Source of the DNA: Chiloscyllium plagiosum
Lineage: Eukaryota
Direction: 5' to 3'
DNA length: 64,000 nucleotides
NCBI RefSeq assembly: GCF_004010195.1
Contig: NC_057736.1
Coordinates: 5,853,376-5,917,375, forward strand
Part shown: positions 1 to 11,639 of the stretch, piece by piece
Numbering within the stretch: position 1 is the stretch's first letter
Layout: each line of letters starts with the position of its first letter
Program-made: the position numbers and the translations under genes
The notes under the pieces: model-generated
Databases searched by the model: none
Told to the model about the DNA's origin: nothing
What the model saw: the letters and a program-made list of their open reading frames with translations, nothing else

Positions 1-792
1 AGTGGCAGATGGAGTTTAATTGAGATAAATGTGACAAGTGGAACTTTAGTAAGGCAAACCAGGACAGGAAGTATACAGTTAATGGCAGGGTCCTGGGGAG
101 TGTTGCTGAACAAAGAGACCTAGAGGTGCAGGTGTATATTTCCTTGGAAGTGTAGTTGCAGGATAATGAAGAAGGTGTTGGGCACATTTGGTTTAATTGG
201 TCAGTGCATTGAGTATAGGAGGTGGGAGGTCATGTTGTGGCTGTACAGGACATTGGTGAGGTTACATTTGTTCAATTCTGGTCTCTCTACAGGAAAGACT
301 TTGTTAAACTTCAATGGGTCAGAAATGATTTACAATGATGTTGCCAGGTTTGGAGAGATTGAGCTACAGGGAGAAGCTGAATAGATGGGGCTTTCTTCAC
401 TAGAGCATCAGAGGCTGAGGGGTGCCGTTATAGAAGTTTATAAAATCACAAGGGGCATAGATAGGATGAATACTCAAGGCATTTTCCCTGGGGTGGGGGG
501 AGTCTAGAGGGCATTGGTTTAGGGTTAGAGGGGAAAAATTTTAAAGAGATCTGATAAGCAACTATTTTACACAGAAGGTGGTGCGTGTATGGAATGAGCT
601 GCCAGAGGAAGTGGTGGAGGCTGGTACAGTTACAACATTTAAAGGGCATCTGAATGGGTATATGAATCGGAAGAGTTTAGAGGGATATGGGCCAAATGAT
701 GGCAAATGGGACTAGATTAGTTTAGGATATCTGGTCGGTGCAGATGGGTTGGGCTGAAGGGTTGTTTCTGTGCTGTATAACTCAATGACTAT
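1..792 (+). mobile_element. CR1/HER1-type LINE, 3' fragment (RT C-terminus and 3' tail)
   Basis: Degenerate ORF ...IEYRRWEVMLWLYRTLVR... matches the CR1 RT C-terminal region; ends in the family tail (ctgtataactcaatgactat). Near-identical copies at 27666-28418 and 37657-39123. Confidence 0.9.
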
Positions 793-796
793 TTAC

Positions 797-906
797 CTGT
801 AGGATATTCCTAACCAGCTTTTCATGTCTAACGGCCAACTATCACATACTTCATTCTCTGGCTTGGATTCTGAGACATTTGCAACATAATTATCTTCTCC
901 AAACCA
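797..906 (-). CDS. Candidate downstream exon of the minus-strand unidentified gene
   Basis: Acceptor tattttctattcag, donor CAG|gtaaat, 110 nt. Only one frame is open (WFGEDNYVANVSESKPENEVCDSWPLDMKSWLGISY). If entered in phase 1 it is instead a terminal exon (VVWRR*). Confidence 0.4.
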
Positions 907-959
907 CTGAATAGAAAATATCAATGTTGCTCTTGGTCATCAACTTGCTCAGAGATGCT

Positions 960-1085
960 TCCATAGAGGGCTACGGAGATAAGGCTGGGGAAATAGGATG
1001 AGCTGGATAGCTCTTTTTGGAGCGATGTCCGGACACGATAGGCTGAATGACTTCTCGCGGTTCTGTAAAATTTGCAGGTTCTATG
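960..1085 (+). mobile_element. Old CR1-type LINE 3' tail
   Basis: gagggctacgg...ggctgaatgacttctc...ttctatg resembles the other CR1 tails in the window. Confidence 0.55.
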
Positions 1086-1332
1086 TTATTACACGGCTCT
1101 TGAACACAAGCTTCATAGTTCAGAGGTAGGGACACTACCACTGTGCTACAATAGCAACATCCAGGAGATCAGCTCATGGTTAACATATGCTGCCCCTCAT
1201 TATATCCACTTGTGGAAACAACTTAATGCAGTGCCTTTATCACAAACGTAGCCAAGTTTGCTCAAGTCTGCGTGATCTGACAATGACAAGCAGAGTCTGC
1301 AAGTTAATGTTGATGTTCGTGCCCAAGATTAC

Positions 1333-1405
1333 CTTCCTTTGTTGTGATATTTTCTTCTTTGACAGAAATATCATTCTGTTCTCCCAGGCTGATGACTTCA
1401 CTGAC
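1333..1405 (-). CDS. Candidate internal exon of the minus-strand unidentified gene
   Basis: Strong acceptor ttttttgtgttttag, donor AAG|gtaatc, 73 nt of non-repeat sequence. Reads VSEVISLGEQNDISVKEENITTKE (phase 0 entry) or SVKSSAWENRMIFLSKKKISQQRK (phase 2 entry). Confidence 0.55.
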
Positions 1406-1799
1406 CTAAAACACAAAAAATATTTGTATTTAATCCAAATCATCCATTTCCCAAAGAGATGATGGGGTGGAAGCTATATAAATTTGTGCTTTTGTTGCAG
1501 AATAAATATTGTGGGGATACATTAAGACTTAGTATCAGAGATGGGTGAGTTGTCAATTTTGATCTCATAAATTTACAAGATGGACTATATTGTTGAGTGC
1601 AACATCTGAATGCACGTGTGTGCTTCCACCACGCAGAACTCTATGGAGGGACCGATAAATTTGTAGAAGCTACTCTGGTATATCTTGCAGCTCTCAAAAA
1701 TACCAAACTCAATAACTTTCATTAAACGTTTGTTGTCTCGTTCTTCCTCAAATAAGTTAGATAACTGTGACAAGATGGTTAGGAATGACTTTGTCCAGG

Positions 1800-2410
1800 T
1801 GTCCTACATTACCAAAGTGGTCAAATCACTAAAAGCACAAGCCAGTACCAATGCAAAACAGTCCCAACCTTATTAGGAAACGAGTTGTAATAGCTTTTAC
1901 TACAACACAATACAATCTCTAATCCTATTTTGTCCCTTAAGCTGACAATACTTCCCGAGTCTCTTGTAAATTCGCACAGCTGCACTCTCTCTCTTTCTCT
2001 ATGGGATTGTGAAGCTGCTTTCTCTCTCTCTCTCTAGACAGTAAGGGGATCCCTGCGTTTGACCATGCTGGTCTCCTCAGAAGGTCCAAGAGAGAATGGT
2101 CTGCAGATGAAGACTCTTTTATATATTTGGATGGTTTCCAGGAACCCTCTATAGTTCTGCCAATCAAGGAGATCCACTTAACAGTTAAAAAAAAACAATC
2201 ATTTGATTGGCTTGCAACTGTTTGTTTCTTTGTGTAGCAGGACCCAATGTCTTTCTGTCCCTTTTGTTGAGTGGATAATTGATTGAGGATATGTCTATCC
2301 AGGATAACTGATGCCTTTTACATTATGCTAATATCACTAGCACCTGGTTTCTATGTTTGCACCATATCTGGTATCTGTGTTTTGTGACTTCACAGTTTTA
2401 CGTGGTCAAC
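1800..2410 (-). mobile_element. Possible solo LTR
   Basis: Minus strand starts TGTTGACC, has CCAAT boxes, a TATATAAAA box (~2117-2125) and a downstream AGTAAA. No second copy seen; boundaries uncertain. Confidence 0.35.
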
Positions 2411-2514
2411 ATACCCACCATCCCTTGCTGTTCGGCCAAGTTAGTAAACCATGTTTTAGCAGCTGCTAAATACTCCACTTAATATTTTCCCAATCTTTAC
2501 TTTAGTAGGAAGCG

Positions 2515-3055
2515 CATTGCATTTGTGCTCCAATATGTTATGTTGGAAAGAAGTAAGAATTGGGTCCAGAGGAGATTCTCCAGGATGTTGCCTCGATTGG
2601 AACATTTTAATGAGGAAGAAAGGCTGGGTAGGTTTGGGTTGTTTTCTTTCGAGCAGTGAAGGCTGAGGTTGGGGGTAGGGGGGAAAGGTGGGGAGGGGTG
2701 ACCTGACAGATGTGTATAAAATTATGAGGGGTTTGGACAGGGTAAATAGAAAGCATTATTTGAAATTTCCCATTATTTGAAAGTTCAGTTATAAGGATGG
2801 CATTATTTTAAGATGAAGGGCAAAAGGTTTAGAGGAGACTTGAAGAAAGGCATTTTCATCCAGAGGGTGTTGGGAATCTGGAATGTACAGCCGAGGAAGA
2901 TAGTATTTTTATGATCTTTACAATCTTTACAAAGTATGTGGAAGAGCATCTGAAATGTCATAACATTCAAGGCTATGGGCTAACTGCTGGAAAGTGGAAT
3001 TAACGTAGACTTGATGGGCCAAAAGGCCACTTTGGTGCTGTGTGAATCCATGAGG
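2515..3055 (+). mobile_element. Degraded CR1-type LINE 3' fragment
   Basis: gtccagaggagattctccaggatgttgcc ... gatgggccaaaaggcc, homologous to other CR1 copies. Confidence 0.8.
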
Positions 3056-3687
3056 TGGGGAAGGTCATTGTTTTCTATTAAATAAATTCTAGTTTCAGTT
3101 TCCAGGGAGCAAGGTCAGAATGTCACCAAAGGGAAGAAAATGCCAATATGCCCTGAGTCACACTGTTTGACATCCGTTCCACTCACTCACCACCTTCCAC
3201 ATAAAGCAAGCTAACTATCCTCTTCAGAGCTTGTCCAATCTGCAACTATGTGAAACCATTGGCATGATATTCCCAGACCTGGTTGAAGATCCATGGGGTG
3301 GAATACTTATGTTGAGTGTTCACTGCTAGAGAGAAATACAAGAAGCAACTTTCACACAGTAAGCTTTCACAAACAACGCTGACAAGGTAGTCAGTTTTAG
3401 TGATGCTCATTAAGGAAAGAGATTGGCTGTATATTGCGGAAGTATCCATGTCTGTTCCTCTTTAAAGTGTGCAAGGAATCTTTGCATCAATTTGAAAGTT
3501 CACAGCAGGGCTGTAAGTTAACATTACATCAAAATTATGCAGCACCCCTCACCAACGCACTGAAATGTCATCCCACGTTGCTCCTGGGTGCCCTACACTC
3601 AACGGCGACCTTTTCTTCGGCTTCTCTGCCAAAGGCCATCCTAATCTGACCCACCGTAAACTGACCCACTGCAGGTTGAGGCAGGCC

Positions 3688-3785
3688 ATTCCTGATGAAG
3701 GGTCTTATCCGAAATGTCGATTCTCCTGTTCCTCAGCTGCTGCCTGACCTGCTGTGCTTTTCCAGCACTACACTCTTGACTCTGA
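3688..3785 (+). mobile_element. PLE terminal-repeat fragment (family A) with hammerhead core
   Basis: ctgatgaagggtcttatccgaaatgtcga followed by the same sequence that ends the GIY-YIG element at 53330-54203. Confidence 0.8.
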
Positions 3786-4071
3786 GGCAGGTCCCTAATC
3801 CAACCCAGCAGGAACAGGTTCGAGTCCAGTTTTGTTGGTACAAATCTGATTCACACCGTACATCCAGCAAACCGAGCCATTTGTTCCCACCTCCCTTCCC
3901 ATGCCCCACTCCCAACCCACCATCACTGCCACCACCCAGGAATTGGAGTTGCTGTGGCAAGGTGCACTTCTGCATTTATTGTCTTGACGGGAGCAACGGA
4001 CCATCTGGTAAAGGTCCAAATACTTTCCAATGCATAGCTGACCTGGAATCTATTTCAGTCTTACTGCCTAC

Positions 4072-4450
4072 TTTTTTTAATTTCAAAAATATACTTTATT
4101 TATAAAATTATTTGGATCTCTTTACAACTGGTCATGCCATTCTTGTGCACATATTACATTTCTTTACATACAGACATCAAAATTTATTTTTCCTATATAC
4201 AAGTCTGTACATTTACTATCCAGCTCTTCTGGTGAGGCGTCAGTGGAGCCCAAATAACTGCGCGGGCCCCCTGTTCTTCTTAGGCGGGCAGATGTTACAT
4301 GGTGGTCTTTCCCCACCGTGCCTTGGCGGCAGCTGCCCCAACACGTAGTCCTGGACCTTGGAGTGTGCCAGTCTGCAACACTCAGTTGGGGTCAACTCCT
4401 TCAGCTGGAAGATCACCAGGTTTCGGACCGCCCAGAGAGCGTCCTTCACC
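4072..4450 (-). mobile_element. L1/Tx1-like LINE 3' end
   Basis: Minus ORF VKDALWAVRNLVIFQLKELTPTECCRLAHSKVQDYVL resembles the Tx1 ORF2 C-terminus; AATAAA and A-rich tail; degenerate TSD cttactgcctac/cttactacttac. Confidence 0.7.
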
Positions 4451-5434
4451 TTACTACTTACTATTAGCATTGGGTTGGAAAGGTTTGCAGGCTGATACTA
4501 ACCTGTTTTGGCTACATAATGATTGCACCTATGTCTGCCAAACAGCTCCTTGAAGTAACAGTGAGTACACCTCAAAAACATTGAATTCCCCCTAATGTAC
4601 CTTGGATATCTTGAGTTTGTGACAGCAGCTATGCATATGCAAATTTCTTTGCTATTACGCTTTTAAATCATTGGATTAGGACATGAGCTCAACACCTGCA
4701 AGATAAGAACATTACCATAGATCCAAGACAACTGGAAGAGAAACTATATAATAAAGGAGACAGATTAGCAACTCAAATGGCTCTTTTGATGCGACACTGA
4801 ATGAATATAATTAGTGTGTACAGAAAAACAGCAGTAGGTCATTTAGAACCTTAAACTTGTTCTATTTGTAATGCAATTCATTATTAGCTCACCAGGAATG
4901 AATATTAGAATGAGACCACCGCTGGTGCTAGGTAAATTTACCTTGATGTGATCTGATAATTGGAACAGTGTTTCAAAGGCCAATTATGGTGGCCTAATTG
5001 GTGCATGGATGGAGGTGAATAAAGATTTGTATCGGTCATGTATTTTTAAATAGGATGCACTGACAAGAGTTTGTATATGAGACCACTTTCATCTGCCTGT
5101 CTCAATTTCACACTAAGATGTCTATAATTGTCAATTCTGTCATTGCAGGAGTTACTTATAACCCTAGCTTTAATTCTGTACAGTTTTAGGATTCTGCTAG
5201 AGCTTATCAGAACTACTCAACTAATCCATCTTTCAATCTCACTTCTAACTCGACACCACCCATCATACATCTCTCGCTGTTCAACCTATCCGCAATAATT
5301 GCAGGTTCAATGCAGGAACCATCATTGGAAATAGACATGGCTTAGAATTCTCTTGGTATATAAACTGGTTTATAAACTGAAAAATCATGAACTTATACTG
5401 GGAGGCCTTAGACAGTACTGATCTCAGATGGATA

Positions 5435-5645
5435 GGTAAAAACAAGGACTGCAGATGCTGGAAACCAGATTCTAGATTAGAGTGATGCTGGAAAAGCACA
5501 GCAGGTCAGGCAGCATCTGAGGAGCAGGAAAATCGACGTTTCGGGCAAAAGCCCTTCCTGATGAAGGGCTTTTGCCCAAAACGTTGATTTTCCTGCTCTT
5601 CAATGCTGCCTGAACTGCTGTGCTTTTCCAGCACCACTCTGATCT
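5435..5645. mobile_element. Fold-back (palindromic) PLE-derived element, family A, with hammerhead core
   Basis: Inverted arms centred near 5558; core ctgatga-agggc tttt gccc-aaaacgtt; direct repeat ctgatctcagatgga at 5418-5432 and 5639-5653. Confidence 0.9.
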
Positions 5646-6055
5646 CAGATGGAGTATTAATACTCACATTGTGAAAATTAGGGTAAAACTTTACGGATTG
5701 AATAGCTGGAAGATAATATAAAGCCCAGGAACGTAAAATATTGGACGCCACTTCGGCATAGCAGCCCAAGAGCTCTGAGTAGCAATTATGGAAACCAATG
5801 TAATCTACTTCTCTCATCTTCCAAGTGAATTAAGGAAGTTCTCAATCGAGGGCACTTGAGCTTCATCGGTTGTACAATGATACAGAGTGTCTCACAGAAT
5901 GTGAAATCTGTGCTGTTTGATTTCAAATATACACATAACATGTAAACAAAAGCAAAACTCACAAATTAGCATCTACCAACCTCCAAAAGGATCAATTATT
6001 TTTCTCCCACTTGTGAGTTGGAGCAGCATGATGATAAGTGCTATGGTCTCTATGC

Positions 6056-6282
6056 GGAGAAAGTGAGGACTGCAGATGCTGGAGATCAGAGCTGAAAATG
6101 TGTTGCTGGAAAAGCGCAGCAGGTCAAGCAGCATCCAAGGAACAGGAGAATCAATGTTTCGGGCATAAGCCCAAGGTTTCGGGGATTCCTGAAGAAGGGC
6201 TTATGCCCGAAACGTCGATTGTCCTGTTCCTTGGATGCTGCCTGACCTGCTGCGCTTTTCCAGCAACACATTTTCAGCTCTG
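6056..6282. mobile_element. Fold-back PLE-derived element, family A
   Basis: ~85-bp inverted arms; TSD tggtctctatgc at 6044-6055 and 6281-6292. Confidence 0.9.
6186..6219 (+). ncRNA. Minimal type I hammerhead ribozyme motif (intact core)
   Basis: CUGAAGA-A-GGGC UUAU GCCC-GAAACGUC: conserved core, 4-bp stem II, palindromic ACGU stem III and GUC cleavage triplet. Confidence 0.75.
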
Positions 6283-7879
6283 GTCTCTATGCCCCAACTC
6301 CATCCCTGGCTAAAAGATCTGTTTGGGAAGGACAACTACCCTGTAGACATTTAATAGCTAATTGCTAGAGGCAGGATTTCCACCATTCATAAGTGCCACC
6401 TTAGAAAGCTGAGACAATCAGTGCCAGTAGCGCCAGTGGGAGCACTGGTCATTGCTGGTAATGCATTTGGATACCATATAGTTGATTTGCCATAGATCAA
6501 ACCAGTGCAACCCTTTGGAGGCTGGCAGAGTCTAGGTTCACTAGCGTCCTTTAGGGAAGGAGATCTGCTGTCTTTACCTACTCTAGCCTACATGTGACTC
6601 TAGATCTACAACAAGATAGGATTGGCTCTTAACTGCCCTCTGGGTATTTTTAGATGGGCAATAAAAGCTGGCCCAGTCAGCAGTACTCATCCCATGAATG
6701 AATGAAAAAATGAGTGCCATCAGTTCTGATAGCAGAACCTCCTCCAGAACCATTACCACAACTTCCACATGTCCAGTCTTCAGACTCTTGTATTTCCTGG
6801 GTGAGAGACCTCTCTCACTAACCTTGGGCTACATTCTACCCTTGATCTTTATTATTCAAAACAAAAATCTTCCTGCTTTAGCAATGGCATTGCCTCTTAT
6901 ATGAAGAAAATCAAGGTTAATCACAATTGATGCTGTAACTACACCATTTATGGGGAATCAGCAGGAAAATGGATGTGAAAAGTGTTGGATCAGCCATGGA
7001 TCCTATTGAATGGTGGAGCAGGCCCTAGGGGCTGAATGGCCTACTCCTGTTCCTCTTTCTTGTGATCCTAAAAATAAGACACAGCAGTTTGATGAATACA
7101 GGCAAATAAACAAAATGTAATTTATTGACAAGCCAACCTTGTTTAACTGGAATGCAAAAAAAGAATAATGACATTGAGGACAAAATGCAATGACAAATTG
7201 TATGCTGAATATTTGGGAAGGAGAGCATTATTTTAAAAATGAGGTGGAAAACAACTAACATGATCAGGAGATACAATAGCTAATTATTAATATTATTTAT
7301 GATAGGTTAAAATTAGACTTATATTTTTCTGTGAGAATTGCTGCATGAGATCAACTAGTTATTATTTATTGATTTGTTTCACTTAACACAGAAGGGCAAT
7401 GATTGAGGAACAATTATCTTCGTCCCAGCAGTGGCCTCATTACTTATTATAAAGGAACACAGAGATATAACAGTTATAAATGCAGAAAAAAATGTCAATT
7501 TCTTTCAATTTGCACAAGAGTTGTATTTTCATTTGATCTCAAAATATATTCAATCAAGAAAGCCCAGTTAAGTTTCATGTTTCATTTGCACTGAATCCTG
7601 TAAAGTCTACCAATAGGTGCATGAAAGAATAAATGCAAAAATGGTAATTATTTTAAATCTATTCATTCGATATTTTTCCATCCTAGAATTCCTGAGATAA
7701 ATCCATTTAATATTTCAGTGAAACATCATGTATAAAAAGAGGCATTGCTGCAGTTTGAGGATCTGATAAGCCTGAAGCAGAAAATGGTATGTGCAAAAGA
7801 GATGTCACATGTGTGCAATGCATGAGATTCTTTGAAGTTGGAGATGAAGGATGTTGTGAAGCAAAGGGAGCTTTATCAC

Positions 7880-8905
7880 AGAATTACAGGAATCCTGCTG
7901 CAAGGAAGGAGGCTATTCAAGCCATCATGCCTGCACACCACTCAAATGAACTACCTCTACGTTTTCCACTATATTCTTGCACATTGTTTGGGCAGAAACC
8001 ATCATCCAATACCCTCCTGAATGCCTCAGTTGAACCTGTCTCCACCATACTTCCAGGCAATGCATTCCACACACAAATTGCTCACTGAGCTAAAAGAGTT
8101 TTTATCTTATCGCCAATGCTTCTTTTGCATGTAAAAATCACTTTAAATCTGTGCCTCTTTTTGATCTTTTTAGAAGTGGGAACCGTTTCTCCCTATCCTC
8201 TCTATTAGCACACTCACGATTTTGAAAACTTCTAATAGATATTAAAACTTCCTTCTCTCCAAGGAGAACCATCCCAACCTTTCAATCTATCGTCATTAAC
8301 AGAAGCTCCTGTGGAACCAGTCTTGTAAGGCACTTCTGCACTCTCTCTCCAATGTGTTCACATCTTTCCAATGTGTTCACATTTCTCCTATATGACACCC
8401 AGGACTGTACACAATACTTCAACTGAGCTCTCACAAGTGTCTTATGCAAGTTCAATATCATCTCCTTGCTCTTCTACTCTATGCCCATATTAATAAAGCA
8501 GAGAACATTGTATGCTTTACTTACTGAACTCTCCACTTGTCCTTCCACCTTCAATGATCTGTGCACATATAGAACAGGTCCATGTACTCTGCATCCTGTT
8601 TTAGAATTGCATGCCTCATTTATATTGTCTTTCCACATTCTTCCGACCAAGTACATCACCTCATACATCTCTGCACTGAAACTTACCAATCACTTATATG
8701 CCCACTCCACCAACTTGTTTACGGACTTTTCAAAGTCAACACTGTTCTTCTTACAGTTCGCAAGTCTTCCAAGTTTCGTGTTATCTGCACACTTTGAAAT
8801 TGTCCCCTGCACATCGAGATCTAGGTGATTCATATATATCAGGAAAATGAAGGATCCCAATACTGACCCTCGCAAACTCCACTGCAATCCCTCCTCCAGC
8901 CCTAA
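7880..8905 (-). mobile_element. CR1-type LINE RT/3' fragment
   Basis: ORF remnants GSVLGSFIFLIYMNHLD...TISKCADNTKLG (RT FADD-motif region) and VHRSLKVEGQV. Confidence 0.88.
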
Positions 8906-8929
8906 CAGAACAGAGTCTTATGTGTTAAT

Positions 8930-9090
8930 AAAGACACAAAGTGCTGGAAATATTCTGCAGGCCTCGGAGCATCTGTGGAGAGAGAAACCCTACTGAAGAA
9001 GAGACATACCAGACTTGAAATGTGAACTGTTTCTCAGTCCATGAATTCTGCCAGAACTGCTGAGTTCCTCCAGCACTTTCTATTTTTAAT
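8930..9090. mobile_element. Older fold-back PLE-derived element, family C
   Basis: aaagtgctgga...gcatctgtggagagagaaac / ctgaagaagag...gacttgaaa...ctgctgagttcctccagcacttt: inverted arms around a decayed hammerhead core. Confidence 0.65.
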
Positions 9091-9128
9091 ATCGAGATCT
9101 AACGATAGCAGTTATTTTGTTTTACTTA

Positions 9129-10621
9129 TAGAACATAGAACAGTGCAGCGCAGTACAGGCCCTTTGGCCCTTGATGTTGTGGCGACCTGTGAAACTAATC
9201 TGAAGCCCATCCCACCTACACTATTCCATTTTCATCCACACGTCAATCCAATGACCATTTAAATGCCCTTAAAGTTGGCGAGTCTATTACGGTTGTCGGC
9301 AGCGTGTTCCACATCCCTACTACTCTCTGAGTAAAGAAACTACCTCTGACATCTGTCCTATGTCTATCACCCCTCAATTTAAAGCTATGCCCTCTCATGC
9401 TAGCCATCATCATCTGAAGAAAAAGGCTTTCACTGTCCACCCTATCTAAACCTCTGATTATCTTATATGTTTCAATTAAGTCACCTCACAACCTTCTTCT
9501 CTCCAACGAAAGCAGCCTCAAATTCCTCAGCCTTTCCTCGTAAGACCTTCCCTCCATACCAGGCAACATCCTATTAAATCTCCTCTGAACCCTTTCCAAA
9601 TCTTCTACATCTTTTCATAATGAGGTGACCAAAACTGTATGCAATACTTTGAGTGCGGCCGCACCAGAGTTTTGTACAGCTGCAGCATGACTTCATGGTT
9701 TTGAAACTCAATCCCTCTACTAATAAAAGCTAACACACTGTAAGCCTTCTGATGAAGGGCTTTTGCCCAAAACGTTGATTCTCCTGCTCCTTGGATGCTG
9801 CCTGACTGCTGTGTTTCTCCAGCACCACACTCTTGACTCTGATCTCCAGCATCTGCAATCCTCACTTTCTCCTTCTTAACAACCCTATCAAACTGGGTGG
9901 CAACTTTCAGGGATCTATGTACAGGGACACCAAGATCCCTCTGCACATCCACAGTACCAAGAATCCTACTATTTGCCCAGTACTCTGCATTCCTGGTACT
10001 CCTTCCAAAGTGAATGACCTCACATTTTTCTGCATTAAACTCCATTTACCATCTCTCAGCCCAGGTCTGCAGCTTAGCTATGTCCCTCTGTAAACTACAA
10101 CATCCTTTGGCACTATCCACGACTCTACCGACCTTAGTGTCGTCCGCAAATTTACTAACCGAACCTTCTATGCCCTCATCCAGGTCATTTATAAAAATGA
10201 CAAATAGCAATGGACCCAAAACAGATCCTTGTGGTATCCCACTAGTAATTAAACTCAAGGATGAACATTTCCCATCAACCACCACCCTCTGTCTTCTTTC
10301 AACTAGCCAATTTCTGATCCAAACCGCTAAATCACCCTTAATCCCATGCCTCCATATTTTGTGCAATAGTCTACCATGGGGAACCTTATCAAACGCCTTA
10401 CTGAAATCTATATACACTACATCAACTGCTTTACTCTCATTCACTTGTTTGGGCACCTTCTCAAAGTATTCAGTAAGGTTTGTGAGGCATGACCTACCCT
10501 TCTCAAAACCGTGTTGACTATCCCCAATCAACTTATTCCTTTCTCAATGAGTATAAATTCTATCTCATATAACCTTTCCAACACTTTACCCATAACCGAA
10601 GTAAGGCTCACTGGTCTATAA
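9129..10621 (-). mobile_element. Young CR1-type LINE, 5'-truncated, with reverse transcriptase domain
   Basis: ORF 10046-10531: QHGF..GRSCLTNL, DFSKAFDKVPH, GIPQGSVLGPLLF, FADDTK. Tail atagaacatagaac at ~9129. Interrupted at 9748-9872. Confidence 0.95.
9748..9872 (+). mobile_element. PLE family A terminal repeat with hammerhead core, nested in the CR1
   Basis: ctgatgaagggcttttgcccaaaacg...cctcactttctcc; the CR1 sequence rejoins across it with a short ccttct duplication. Confidence 0.88.
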
Positions 10622-10649
10622 TTTATTATCCACCTTCAATGTCAAACAT

Positions 10650-11050
10650 TATCTGTGAATGCTTGATATTGAAGATGCATTCCAAATGTGGTAAGTGTTC
10701 AAGGTTCCACAAAACAAAGACGCAGATCAGAAAGCAAAGTTTTCACAAAAATTTTTGAATTAAATTTGATGACATTAAATTGAGACACAGTGTTCATAAA
10801 CAGGAAAAAGATAATCATGAAAAAGATATTTTAAAAAAACTTCAAAGTATAAGAAAAAAATTGCACCTTACAACAGCTGGGTAAACCAGCAGATGCTGTC
10901 ATTGTAGATCTGAAACACCCTGAGGACTTTGACTATCTGCTCAGCTTGTTTGATCCTCCAGACAGGGACAACAGTATCCAGAGGGAATTGTGAATCTCTC
11001 TCTCAATTAGTACGGCAATGGAAAAAGATGAAAGAATATTCAAGATGAAA
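10650..11050 (+). mobile_element. Probable Gypsy-type gag remnant
   Basis: Frameshifted NCTLQQLGKPADAVIVDLKHPEDFDY resembles the gag motif FN.R.Q.PGESVD.FITDL..LA..C.Y. Confidence 0.4.
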
Positions 11051-11639
11051 CCTCAGACTGACACTTACTAGTGACTGACTCCTTGGTCTGTGATCCCACT
11101 TAAAACAAGAAAGTGTCTTTACCTGTGGTTTGCTTCTGTACTGCACTGTCTATTTTGATTGTAGTTTTACTGTTCAAGTTGAGGGGATGCCAGAATTGAA
11201 CACTCTTTTCATTCTTTGGATGAGTGACCAACTCCCAATTAGATATTTTTCCAATTTCCTTTTGGAATTATCAAACTTGTTTCACCTGCTGTCTCTATCC
11301 ATTCCTCAGTTGGATTTTTGTTAACACTAAACCTCAGTTTAAATTGGAATTTGAAACCTGAATCACTGTGTCACTGATGTTGATAACTAAATTTATTCAG
11401 CAAATAACTGGATCATTGCTCTTCTCATAATCATTACCTTTTCAAAGGGAATAAATTGAAAGTAGCTCCACAGAACACAGAGTCTAAAACTTGGTGTGAT
11501 CTATTAGCATCTCTGCTCCACATATCCTCCCTTACACATTTATACATATATCACACACATTCTATCACAGAAAATATTACTTTCTAATTTTTAATTGACT
11601 TTTTTAAATGTAAGTATCATTTAAAATATTGTTTTGAAG

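Noticed and set aside
4502-4569. Minus-strand exon candidate CTHCYFKELFGRHRCNHYVAKT
   Set aside because: Weak GAG acceptor, and its phases do not fit the neighbouring exons.
5435-6282. Recurrent palindromic repeats considered as a CRISPR-like array or DNA-transposon MITEs
   Set aside because: Dispersed, with no spacer periodicity. Arms are asymmetric, TSD length is variable, and the sequence is identical to the terminus of GIY-YIG retroelements.
10871-10990. Minus-strand open frame with a gtaagg donor (…IYNDSICWFTQL) that would supply the missing phase 0-2 exon
   Set aside because: Acceptor is poor, and the + strand of this region is better explained as a Gypsy gag remnant.
11069-11098. 30-nt minus-strand micro-exon candidate (WDHRPRSQSL) with ttttaag/gtaagt sites
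   Set aside because: Plausible splice sites, but it lies at the edge of decayed repeats with no independent support.
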